Shown piece by piece: positions 1-10,800 of a DNA stretch of 64,000 bases (positions are counted from its first letter, which is position 1; each line of letters begins with the position of its first letter). Source of the DNA: Paraspadella gotoi (Eukaryota > Animalia > Chaetognatha); contig CM119263.1 of NCBI GenBank assembly GCA_051294375.1, positions 13,532,414-13,596,413 of the forward strand, written 5' to 3'. Position numbers and translations under genes: made by a program. Below the pieces are notes generated by a model, which saw only the letters and a program-made list of their open reading frames with translations, was not told where the DNA came from and did not search any database.

Positions 1-597
1 CAATGTAAAAACAAGCCTATTTTCCTTTTTCTTCCCCTCTTCTTTTTTCTTAGTTTTTCTTCTTTCTTTCCTTCTTTTTTCTCTCTTCTCAGGGCCATCC
101 CGGGCCCCCCTGAGGCCCTCCCTGGGGCCCGAGCCCTTCACCCTCTCGGCGCCCCTGGGTGGAGGCCGTGACGGTCATGGACCAAGGTCCGTCTCCCGGG
201 CCAAGTCCAGTTTTAGGCGTGCACAGGGGCAGGCAACAAATCAAAAATAGTAATATTTATACTACGGGTGAGGGTTTTGAGGTTTACGCGGATATTTTGA
301 AGAAAATAGACAAGAGTTCTGTAAATAACTTTAAACCATGTGGGATAACGAAATTTTTAAAAAATTTAGATTTTATGTATTTCGTTAATAACATTTAAAG
401 TTTATAAATCATAAAATTGTTTTTCAATTCAGAATTTTTAAAAAATGAATAAAAAATTTTATAAGTTTTATAAAATTTTATATTTTATCGGTTAAAATTA
501 GCAAAAACTAAAAATTATGGTATTGTGATGATGATAATTTTTAATAGGTTTTTATGGGTAGTAAATATTGATTAAAATGTTAAAAAGTGATCAATTT

Positions 598-990
598 TGG
601 TTAGGGTTGAGCGGTTTGCAAACGGGAAAAAATACTAATATTTGAACTATGTTGATATGTAAATGACGACGACGTATGAGATTCTGGGTAGTTTATGAAA
701 TATAAAAATAAAGACGTATTGAGCGTTTTGAGTCAAGGTTAGGGTTTGGGAGTTTACAAACGCGTTTTTTAGCTAGGGTTAGGGTTGAAGAGTTTACAAA
801 ACATAAAAATAAGGACGTATTCAGCTTTTTGAGTTAGGGTATGAGTTTACAATCATATTTTTTAGCTTGACGTGTGAGATTTTTGAGTTAGGGTTAGGGT
901 TGAGTAGTGTACATTGTAAGGGTTGAATATTGATATTGAAGCATGGGTTTACAAATCGTGTTTTAGGGTTAGGGTTGAGTAGTTTTAGTA
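598..990 (+). repeat. Degenerate minisatellite with embedded TTAGGG units
   Basis: Recurring motif ttttgagttagggtt(agggtt)gagtagtttacaaa with ataaaaataa(a/g)gacgtatt spacers. Confidence 0.7.
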
Positions 991-1049
991 TATGTGGCGA
1001 TCGTTTGTAAATCGCCAGGCGCGTCTGGGCCTCACTATTTAGTTTCCAG

Positions 1050-1212
1050 GATAAAAATTGTTTCCAGAACAAAGTTTTGTATTTGTTCAATAATAAAATC
1101 AAACCTTAATAATATAATATAAATAAATAAAGTAATAACATTAATCAATAACATTAACAATGGAAATAGTATTAATACTGTGAAAGCGAAGAAGCCTAGA
1201 TCGAATCCTACA
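1050..1212 (-). mobile_element. Probable start of the Gypsy 3' LTR (distal end uncertain)
   Basis: TGTAGG begins immediately after the PPT on the minus strand and runs into AT-rich sequence. Confidence 0.5.
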
Positions 1213-1720
1213 TCCCCCCAGACGAGGAACCCGGAGATGACGAGGATAATTTCTTCACGTTTGGGCTCAATATCGTCGTTTTGATGGAGGATGATGTGAC
1301 ATAAGACCGCGCCATAATCTGGGTGTGTCGCGGCGTTGGCGCCCGGGCGACAGCAGGCATCCGATGGCTTTGACCTCGGGAATGGGCGAAGGCCGAACGA
1401 CGACGTTGTCGTAGTGTTGGCGTCTCGCAATGGGGTGTCGGCTGACAAAGGGACCGGGAGACGTTGGCGTCGGAGTGGGTGTGGCCGGAAATGGCTCGTT
1501 TGGTTCGTCGTCGTTATTTGGTGAGTTTGTTTCGGCGCGTCTTTGAATTGGCCGGTTTCACTCAAGATATAGTGACGGTCTCGATACCTCTGCTGGGTAT
1601 GTCGACTTTGAAGTTTAAATTGTCTCGCGACGCGACCTGGAAGGGGCCTTCATAGGGGGCGGTAAGTGACGGGCTAATGCCGCCGGGCCGGATGAAGACG
1701 TGGGTGGATGTGGCGAGACT
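1213..1720 (-). mobile_element. Ty3/Gypsy LTR retrotransposon 3' remnant (integrase C-terminal GPY/F module, 3' UTR, PPT)
   Basis: Minus strand from 1720 translates SLATSTHVFIRPGGISPSLTAPYEGPFQVASRDNLNFKVDIPSRGIETVTIS*VKPA, matching the THVFIR..PY.GP(Y/F).V..R..F......V.I.R.KPA end of metazoan Gypsy Pol; in-frame TGA; polypurine tract GGGGGGA at 1219-1213. Confidence 0.8.
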
Positions 1721-2069
1721 GATTTTTTAGTTAGGGTTTAGTAGTATATGTTAGGGTTAGGATTTTGAAGACCCTTGTCACAAAGAATTTAATTAATTTT
1801 ATATTAACTACTTGCATATCAATAATAAAGGCAAAAGAGGTTCTATGTTTCAACAACATTACAAATATTCAAAACAATAATAAACAAACAATATACTTGG
1901 AGATATAACGAGGTTAAAATTGTCGATAACGATGTAAGAAGTAGTCAGCCGACGACGATGATGACTGAGGCTTCACAGTAGCTTGGTGAACGGTATCTTT
2001 GTTATCGAATCATGGGTTAAGGAGTTCAGTGTCAGTGTCGAGTAGTTTTAGTAGATACATTTGGAATTT

Positions 2070-3768
2070 TGAGTTAGGGTTGGGGTGGTTTAGGGTTGAG
2101 TTGTTTAGGGTTTGGTTTAAGTTGTTTTATGGTCGAGTTGGTTTAGGGTTGACTAGTTTAGGGTTAGGTTTGAGATGGTTTAGGGTTGAGTTGGGTTAGG
2201 GTTAAGTTGGTTTAGGGTAAGGGTTGAGTAGTTTAGGGTCGAGTTGGTTTAGGGTTAGGGTTAAGTTGGTTTAGGGTTAGGTTTGAGGTGGTTTAGGGTT
2301 AGGGTTGAGGTGGTTTAGGGTTGAGTTGGTTTACGGTTAGGGTTAGTTTGGTTTAGGGTTGAGTAGTTTATGGTTAGGTTTGAGTTAGGGTTGAGTTGGT
2401 TTAGGTAGTTGGTTTAGGGTTAGGGTTGAGTAGTTTAGGGTGAGTAGTTTAGGTTAGTAGTTTTGAGGTGGTTTAGGGTTGAGTTGGTTTAGGGTTGAGT
2501 AGTTTAGGGTTAGAGTAAAGTTTGAGGTGGGTTAGGGTTGAGTTGGTTAGGGTTAGGGTTGAGTAGTTTAGGGTTGAGTTGGTTTAGGGTTAGGGTTGAG
2601 TTGGTTTAGAGTTAGGGATGAGTAGTTTAGGGTTGAGTAGTTTAGGGTTAGGGTTTGAGGTGGTTTAGGGTTGAGTTGGTTTAGGGTTGACTAGTTTAGG
2701 GTTAGGTTTGAGGTGGTTTAGGGTTGAGTTGGGTTAGGGTTAAGTTGGTTTAGGGTGAGGGTTGAGTAGTTTAGGTTGAGTTGGTTTAGGGTTAGGGTTA
2801 AGTTTGAGGGTGGTTAGGGTTAGGGTTGAGTTGGTTTAGGTTTGAGTAGTTTAGGGTTGAGTTGGTTTAGGGTTGAGTAGTTTAGGGTTGAGTAATTTAG
2901 GGTTAGGTTTGAGGTGGTTTAGGGTTGAGTTGGTTTACGGTTAGGGTTAGGTTGGTTTAGGGTTGAGTAGTTTAGGGTTAGGTTTGAGTTAGGGTTGAGT
3001 TGGTTTAGGGTTTAGTTGTTGGTTTAGGGTTAGGGTTGAGTAGTTTAGGGTTAGTTAGTTTTGAGGTGGTTTAGGGTTGAGTTGGTTTAGGGTTAGGGTT
3101 GAGTAGTTTAGGGTTAGAGTAAAGTTTGAGGTGGATTAGGGTTGAGTTGGTTTAGGGTTAGGGTTGAGTAGTTTAGGGTTAGAGTAAAGTTTGAGGTGGA
3201 TTAGGGTTGAGTTGGTTTAGGGTTAGGGTTGAGTAGTTTAGGGTTAGGGTTGAGTAGTTTAGGTTGAGTAGTTTAGGTTAGGTTTGAGGTGTTTAGGGTT
3301 GAGTTGGTTTAGGGTTAGGGTGAGTCGTGTAGGTTGAGTTGGTTTAGGGTTAGGGTTGAGTAGTTTAGGGTTAGGGTTGAGTAGGTTAGGGTTGAGTAGT
3401 TTTGGGTTGAGTTGGTTTAGGGTTAAGGTTAAGTTGGTTTACTGTTAGGGTTGAGTAGTTTAGGGTTAGGGTTGAGTAGTTTAGGGTTAGGGTTGAGTAG
3501 TTTAGGGTTGAGTGGTTTAGGGTTGAGTTGGTTTAGGGTTAAGTTTGTTTAGGGTTTAGTTGGTTTAGGGTTAGGGTTGAGTAGTTTAGGGTTAAGGTTG
3601 AGTGGTTTAGGGTTGAGTTGGTTTAGGGTTTAGTTTGTTTAGGGTTAGGGTTGAGGTAGTTAGGTTAGGGTTGAGTAGTTTAGGTGTTGAATTGGTTTAG
3701 GGTTAAGTTTGTTTAGGGTTTAGTTGATTTAGGTTTGGGTTGAGTAGTTTAGGGTTAGGGTTGAGTAT
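2070..3768 (+). repeat. Interstitial telomere-variant satellite
   Basis: About 1.7 kb made almost entirely of TTTAGGG(TTAGGG)-TTGAG-TAG/TTGG and TTTGAGGTGG units; almost no C on the + strand. Confidence 0.95.
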
Positions 3769-4232
3769 ATTTTGGAAGTTTAAAGTAAACACGACAGTTG
3801 AAGAAAAATTGTTGCTTTGCCTATCTCTCATTTATTCTATTATTCAAACGATAACAATTTCATATTGAACCAATTTGAATGGTTTATTTCTGTCAGATCT
3901 GTTATATGGAATCAACTTTGTTCTTTATAACTTTAGATTGAGAGACTGTTTTATTGATATTCCTTCATCTTAAAACTTTTACGGTCGATCAACGTCTTCA
4001 AAACGTTTCCTCAAAAAATTTTTTGATAAAAAAAAAGGGTTAATTTTTATTCATATTAAGATTAATATTAAAATACTATATTTAGTTACAAAAGATAAAA
4101 TTTAATAATAATAATAATAATTAGATAAATTTAAAATTCGACCATTAACCTTTAAATAAATAATTAAATATATTAATATATAATATATATATATAATATA
4201 TTAATATATAAATAAATTAAATAAGTTTTTTA

Positions 4233-4323
4233 ATAGAGAAACAAAGTTTTAGTAATTTTTGCAACGAATTTATTTTATTTTATTAATTCGTTAAAAAAAT
4301 TACTAAAACTTTGTTTTTCTATT
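4233..4323. repeat. AT-rich inverted repeat (hairpin, MITE-like)
   Basis: aatagagaaacaaagttttagtaattttt..aacgaatt pairs with aattcgtt..aaaaattactaaaactttgtttttctatt. Confidence 0.7.
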
Positions 4324-4351
4324 ATCAAACTAACAACAAAAAAAGAAAGCA

Positions 4352-4560
4352 TATTACATCGTTTTTTTTAATTTAACGAAACGTAAATTTAACGAATCGT
4401 AAATTATAACGTAATATATATATTACTAAGGTAAAATCCTCAAGTATAAAAAGTATATTACATCAAGTTTTTTTTAATTTAACGGAACGTAAATTATAAC
4501 GAATCGTAAATTATAACTTAATATATATATTGCTAAGGTAAAATCCTCAAGTATAAAAAA
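4352..4560 (+). repeat. Tandem duplication of about 105 bp upstream of the lectin gene
   Basis: Two copies of tattacatc..atttaacg..cgtaaattataac..ctaaggtaaaatcctcaagtataaaaa. Confidence 0.8.
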
Positions 4561-4793
4561 CGGGCTTCCTGCGTAGCTAGATGCTCCTTTGTTTTTCGAG
4601 CTTCGAGCTTTTGAGCTTCTCACGTCCGCGAGCGAATTTAACGTCTTTTTGTTTTCAATTTCTCAGAAATTTCTTCCATCTTTTCGGAATCGCTGCATTT
4701 CAACAACTTTAAACTTGACGGCAAACGTTAATTTAACGTTTTCTACTTAACGTTTTCATCTTCTTTGATCGTCGTTTCTTGTTACGCAACGAT

Positions 4794-5912
4794 ATGCAAG
4801 AGGTGGGTACGAAAGAACTTAAAATTACGATCGACATGTATAACTTTAAGCCTCGCTCTAGCGGATGTTAAAATTTCTATTCACATGAACTCGTTTCGGA
4901 CTTTGGCGTTCAGATGGACACCGTGATCGACTTCTCGGCGGTCGTCGTGCCTCCGTCGTCCCAGTCTTCTCCGCCTGGAAAATATCCGACGAAAGAAGAG
5001 TTGGAAGAATTAGCGGCGAAGTTTTCGTCCAGTGTCCCTAAGGAGAAAGAAGCGGAGGAAGACCCGGAGCAAGACGAGGAAGGCAAGGGTTTTCTGAACA
5101 TCAGCGTGGAGGATTTGACCAAAAAGCAAGCAACAGAGCAGCAGCCTGCGACCGCCTCGGCGCCTCCCCTCCCGCCGCCGTCGCCACCACAGCGCCCTCC
5201 ATGGGCGGCTGCTCGATTTAAACCGACCCGGCGTCGCCGCCAGGATCATGCGCAACCGAGAAAAACCAAATGTGCTTTCGTCACTAAAGCTAATTTGATG
5301 GTTTTTCTGCTGGTATCAATCGCGATCTTTGAAATCGTTAACATGTACAGCGGTTCCTACTCTAAGGACATGAAGCGTGTGGTTGAGGAAGTCAAATCCA
5401 TCGTTCGTAAGTTCGGTGGGGAGAAGACGAGCAAACCCAGCGGCCAAGGCGCCAAGCAGAAGAAATGTCCCAACCATCTTTTTGTGAAGAACGAAGTGTT
5501 GGAATCCTGCTATCAATTTGTCCACAGTCCGGAAGGCACCGAGAAGATGAATTGGATGAGGGCCAAGGGTTATTGCGAGTCAGAGAACGCCCATCTGCTC
5601 AACATTAATTCCAATGCCGAGCAGAAGATAATCGCTGCCATGATAGACCGGATGTTCGACGACGACGACAAATTTTGGATCGGCGCTAACAACCTGGAAG
5701 GCGTTTGGCAGTGGAGCGACACTGGTGACATGGTAGCCGGAACCGACGCTTATGAAAACTGGGCAGATATAGACAACGAGACCATACTAAACGATCCCCA
5801 AGTGAGAAAGAAAAAGAAAGGGACGAAATGCGCCATGATGAAGTTAGGGCGTTGGTATCCGGTAAATTGTGGAGAGCCCAAACAGTTCATATGCGAATAC
5901 GAACTAAGATAA
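4794..5912 (+). CDS. Type II transmembrane C-type lectin-like domain protein
   Basis: ORF 4914-5912 has an acidic/Pro-rich N-terminus, a TM helix (LMVFLLVSIAIFEIVNMY) and a CTLD (CP..SCYQF..NW..A..YC....HLLNI, FWIGA, WQWSD, C..RW....C....FICE). A possible 9-nt first exon ATGCAAGAG (4794-4802) splices in phase 0 to ttcag at 4913. Confidence 0.9.
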
Positions 5913-6551
5913 TAGGGACTTGTGAATTACGTATCTCAACGTAATCAACTGCGGCGCAAAAAAAAGTTCCCACTTTTTTTACGAGAAAAAACATATTAAA
6001 TGGCTTAATTTTAAAAAGATATAGAGATATAAAATATATATGGTGGACTAAAATCTACCAACCATTCATCAGCGGCCATTGGTGCCGGATCCGTAGCTCA
6101 GGGTTCTGTCATTAACACTTATCAATAATTACTGTCTCTTCATCTCATTAAAAGCAATAGCAATTGGTACAAGTTTTATAAAAATTGGGAGAAGCAAATT
6201 GTGGGACATTAATGTCAGTTTGTCGAAAAATATTAAAGAGTCTGTCACTTTCCTTTGCTATAAAAAGCCTAAAACAAAGTATTCGCTAAGAAAATTGTGC
6301 ACCGATTATCAGGTAGAAAAATTTTTATCCAAAATCAAATTGAAAAAAGCATAGAAACTACAGGAATTGAAGGTTAAATTCCTTTGACAAAGCAAATTAC
6401 CTAAATAATTATATTGTTATTATTTCTTTCTTTCTTTAGAAAGAAAAAAAAACTTTAAACGCTTGATTTATTTCTCGATAACATTCATTCATTCATTGCT
6501 TTTGCCCATAAAAGAAATGAAAATGTGGTAAATACAAGGCCGAGAGCCGTT

Positions 6552-6874
6552 TACCGTCTCGAACTACGGATCTGGCTGCAATCCGTCACTACTGCTGGAT
6601 TTCACGCTTTCTTGTGCGAAAAAGCAGGGCGCAAACCAGAGTCCGTTGGGTTAGGAGCTCGTGCTACCTCCGGCGCTATAGGTGCTGCGGATTTTTGGAC
6701 GAGTAGCGTGGTTTGAAATACTACCGATACACATTCCCCGCTAGGCAAGTGTGATGGCTATGATGCACGCGTAGTGCCCGAGCACTCGATGGGCTGCCTA
6801 TCCCAGCTTCCGTCTTCACACACAATGGTCCAGGGCAGAGGTGTATTAACGTGCCAGGGTGTTAACCAGTTATC
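6552..6874 (-). pseudogene. Decayed exon with the end of a Sushi/CCP-like module
   Basis: After a ttggtag acceptor the minus strand reads DNWLTPWHVNTPLPWTIVCEDGSWDRQPIECSGTTRAS*; C.dG.W...P.C is the CCP C-terminal motif; all three frames are interrupted by stops. Confidence 0.3.
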
Positions 6875-7872
6875 CTACCAAAGATAACTTTTTCCACTCC
6901 TCATTTTTTATGTGGTGATTTATTTTGAGAGTAATAACTTTTTTAAACTACTCTAAACATACTTTTATTACTTATAAATTACCATTTTAAATTTTGTTTT
7001 CATTATGGGAATTATATATGAAAAGGGTTTGTTAGAAAAGAAAGAATGATGGACGTCAAAATAAAGAAATTAACTTTACCTAATTTCGTTTTAAAGCTTT
7101 GATTTTAAAGTGTTGCATTAAAAGACGTTCGTTTTCCAAATATATTTTTTCACAGTTCAACTAAATACTTTGGCGTATTTAAGGCAAGAAAGTGGGAACT
7201 TTTTTATGTGCCGCAGTGTACCTATTAATATTTCGGCTTTCCAGTCTGAAGCTTAATCGAAAGGTACGGGAAAAAAATATTAATGTATCATCACAGATGA
7301 ATGAAACTCGGAAACAGGAAAGGATTTTTTTGATAAACCTCGGATTTGCAATTCAAGCATTTTTTAATTGTGTTATTTTTTATAGCAACGGATAAACTGA
7401 TTATGGTGGTTATCCAAAATATTATCTTAACAATAGAAAAAGCTGTTCATCAAACATCAAGAGTTTTTTTCCCTATTTTATGAAATACGTAGTTGATGGA
7501 CGACATTGGTTATAAATTTTTTCATACCTACTAAATCTTGATCTCTTTTTTAGTTCATTGCTTTCTGACAATTTTCTTCAAATTGATGCCTTTTTTTACG
7601 AATGATTATCTTTTTGGCGATTATATAGCATATACAAGCAAACTTATCGTGAATATTGTAAAATGTTCCAAAGGTAAAAAAAAATATTTTCACAATGTTT
7701 TATATTTGTTCAAGATTAAAACGACGGCAAAAAAAAAAAATCAAATGTGAATTTTATGAATACATAAAACAGATAGCAAAAAAAAGTTGAAAAACATCCC
7801 TCGAATAATGATATACGAGAACAAAATAATATAATAGAAATGCAACGTGCGGTCGACCAAACAAAGGCCAAG

Positions 7873-10800
7873 TCAGTTCGAGTACACCCAATGTCTGGCC
7901 CGCGGAGAGAGACTCGAGAAAAGGTCGTTGATCTTTCTTCTCGATCCGAATCCCATGGATGATCCGACCCTCGACCCGGAACTCATCGTCGAGCGAAGAG
8001 TATCTCCCTCTCTCGAATTTGAAGAGTTGGTATATTTGAGAAGGAGTTCCTCGATGGCCTCTTCGTCGAGCGAGGGGAAGGAGGAAAGGGAGGTCTTCTT
8101 CGTCGCCGATCCCGAGTCTCCAGAGTTCTTCCGTCGCGGAGGGGGCGTGGCTCGAAAGAACGACGGCGTCGTCGGCGGCGTCGATCGGACGAAGGGCGAC
8201 GTCGACGGCGTTGGAGTTCGACTGTGGGTGATGGACGAGTGGAGGGGCGTAGATCGACCGGAGAAGCTGACGTTGTCGTAGGTCGATATTTGCATGGAGC
8301 TCGAGCAGCGAGGCGGATCTGTAGAGAGATTTTTAACATTATCATACACTACGTAAACACCTTTATGATTCATCCTTCATTCCTAACCATCGATAGCCAA
8401 TGCATCGTAAATGGATAAAGAACTCTGCGCTCCGGAACCGCGCGACCACGCCTCTCTTTTCGCTTCGGCGTCGCTGCTTATGGACCATCCCAGCTTTCTG
8501 GTTTGGCCGGCACATTCCCCGGTCGCCCTTGTCTCGCGAGGCGACGCGTCACGGTGATCTTGAGACGCTGACCGGACAAACTTGGATTCGCGCGGCGCCA
8601 AGCGGCGAGAAGAGGAAACAGAAGAGGTAAACGATGAGTCTTGAGGAAGAACCGATAATAGACTGTCGCAGGCATGGCGCCAGGATACTAAAAGCAAATA
8701 AGATATAAATTCAAAATCCATATATTTGCTAAAAACCTACACATACGATTATATACAGACTAGTCTATACGTACGTAAATTTTGAGTTACTAAGTTTTTC
8801 GCAACGCGTACTCGCCTTGATCTAAAAGATGCTGTTGAAGTGCCGCCCACCATTGACTCTGAGATTTAAAGTTTTCCGTCGCAAAGACGAACTCCGTCAA
8901 AGCCGGCGTCACTGCCACCCTCGTAGAGTCGGTGACGCCTCCTTCAGCAAAGGATGCCTTCAACACGAAGCCGGGTCGACCGTCGCAACGCGCCGATTCC
9001 AGACTCACCTGGGTGGACTGGTGAGCAAAGGATTGTAGAGAGATAAACCGGATGAACTTATTAATACTAATACAAATATATTTAATTAATTTTAGTTCTC
9101 ACTTTTGTGACGGGAACCTCGAGATAGGGCGGTTGGCCAGCCACGGCCTTTGGTTTGCTTGTCCAACACGAGAGACGCAAATTGCTCAATCGGCACCAAT
9201 ATTCGCTCCAACACGATTTCCCTTTTGACGATATAGGAATTGGGTCATGTAGCTACGTATATTGCGAAGGTGACTTCGTAAAAATTAGATACCGCGTGCC
9301 TTACCGTTACGTCTCCCTAACTCCATCATGCTGAGATAACCTTCCATGGTGGGTTTGACCAAGCAAAATGGTTGAGCAGCGAAGCGACAGCAAAGCTTGA
9401 TGGCAAAGAATTTAACGCCGATTAATATAATAAAAACTGAGCTTATCAGAGACAAATAAACAAACCTGTCCGAACAACGGTAGTGCGTGAACGCCATCCG
9501 CCGTTTCTTTCGTGAGATTATGGGATCTGACGTCGTCTTCGACATCGTCCAATCGAATCTTGGCGCGAGCGACGAGCGAGAAACGTGGCCCCACGCTTTC
9601 GGTCGTTCCGCCTAAAATTTACAAATATTTAAAAATTATTAAATTTTAGACGGTGAATTGAAGGATGCAATGTCAACTTGATTTAAGTATTTTAAAGTAC
9701 TATGTCGTTCAATCATCAAGTTGACTGTCAATTTACCACTGGTTGAATTATGCCTTCTTTTGACGAGCTTTTTCCCGACAGAGCGACCGACGGTGGAGGT
9801 GACTTCAGAGAACTTCCTTCGAAGTCGCGTCGGCGTCCAACTTCCATCAACGAAAGTGTTGAAGTCGAAGGCGTAGACTTCCACGTGACACTCGAAGTCG
9901 TGAGGAACGCGATCGCTGAGTGGAAGTCGAAGGTATTCAAAATCGTGTAAACTTTTTTTTTCAAATTGAGTTTAATAACTCAAGTGTCGAGTTTCATTCA
10001 AGAGATTTGACTTACAAGATGAGCAAATCGTCAAAACTTATGTCGGCCGTCCGTCTGTCGATTCCGGTTTTTAGCGCAGTGTCGCAAACCTATACAAAAA
10101 CAATTATAAACGTTTTTAAAAACATTATGAGCAACATAAATAATACTTAATGACGCAATATAAGTATGAAAATTGTAAGATTACTTGTTTTACAATATTA
10201 GATTGTAACTGCCTATGTTTCAAAACATTGCTTTTTTTTACTACATATTACTGGTATATTTTTAAGGTTATTATGTTAGAAAAAGATCGAGAGATGATGA
10301 TGATGATGATAAAAAAATGGCTAAAAACGCCCGGGATGAGAAGATACAGCCCTAAGGCGATCCTTTTTAGCGTGCCCTCCTCGGGGTGTTACCGCTAAAT
10401 AAAATAAAACTGTTTGTGCGCGGCCCCGGCGGGGTCTTAGCGCTTAACTTTATACTTAATACTTAAACTATCGATTTGTAAAAGTACCAAAGTAATTTAA
10501 AAAATACCAGGGTAGCCTAACATAAAGAAAATGCGAGCCCCCGGCGGGGTCTTACCGCCAGACTACTATCACTATTAATATTCCGTGCAATTGTACATAA
10601 TTTATCGCCTTTTCTACTCGTTCAGCCATTCTACAGCTACCAATGAGCAACGTTTATTGAATTAATCGTAAGAGACAACGGAAAAAAGCGTTATTCAATT
10701 TAAAATGAAATTTAAATAACAGAGACTGAAGGTATTAAAATTATTTAACTATATAAATATAGATTTTATCATGTCGCGACTATGGTCAATCATTTTATTA

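Noticed and set aside
90-170. GC-rich segment with CAGGGCC..GGCCGTG ends as a hAT-type MITE
   Set aside because: The terminal repeat is short and imperfect, with no clear target-site duplication or second copy in the window
1035-1565. 176-aa ORF with a hydrophobic C-terminus
   Set aside because: It runs through the Gypsy 3' UTR, PPT and AT-rich LTR; the hydrophobicity comes from T-richness
2070-3768. CRISPR array or true chromosome end
   Set aside because: No unique spacers or cas genes, eukaryotic context, unique DNA on both sides, and degenerate units
3780-4010. Possible GIY-YIG/Penelope remnant on the minus strand (EGISIKQSLN)
   Set aside because: Too short and stop-ridden to support
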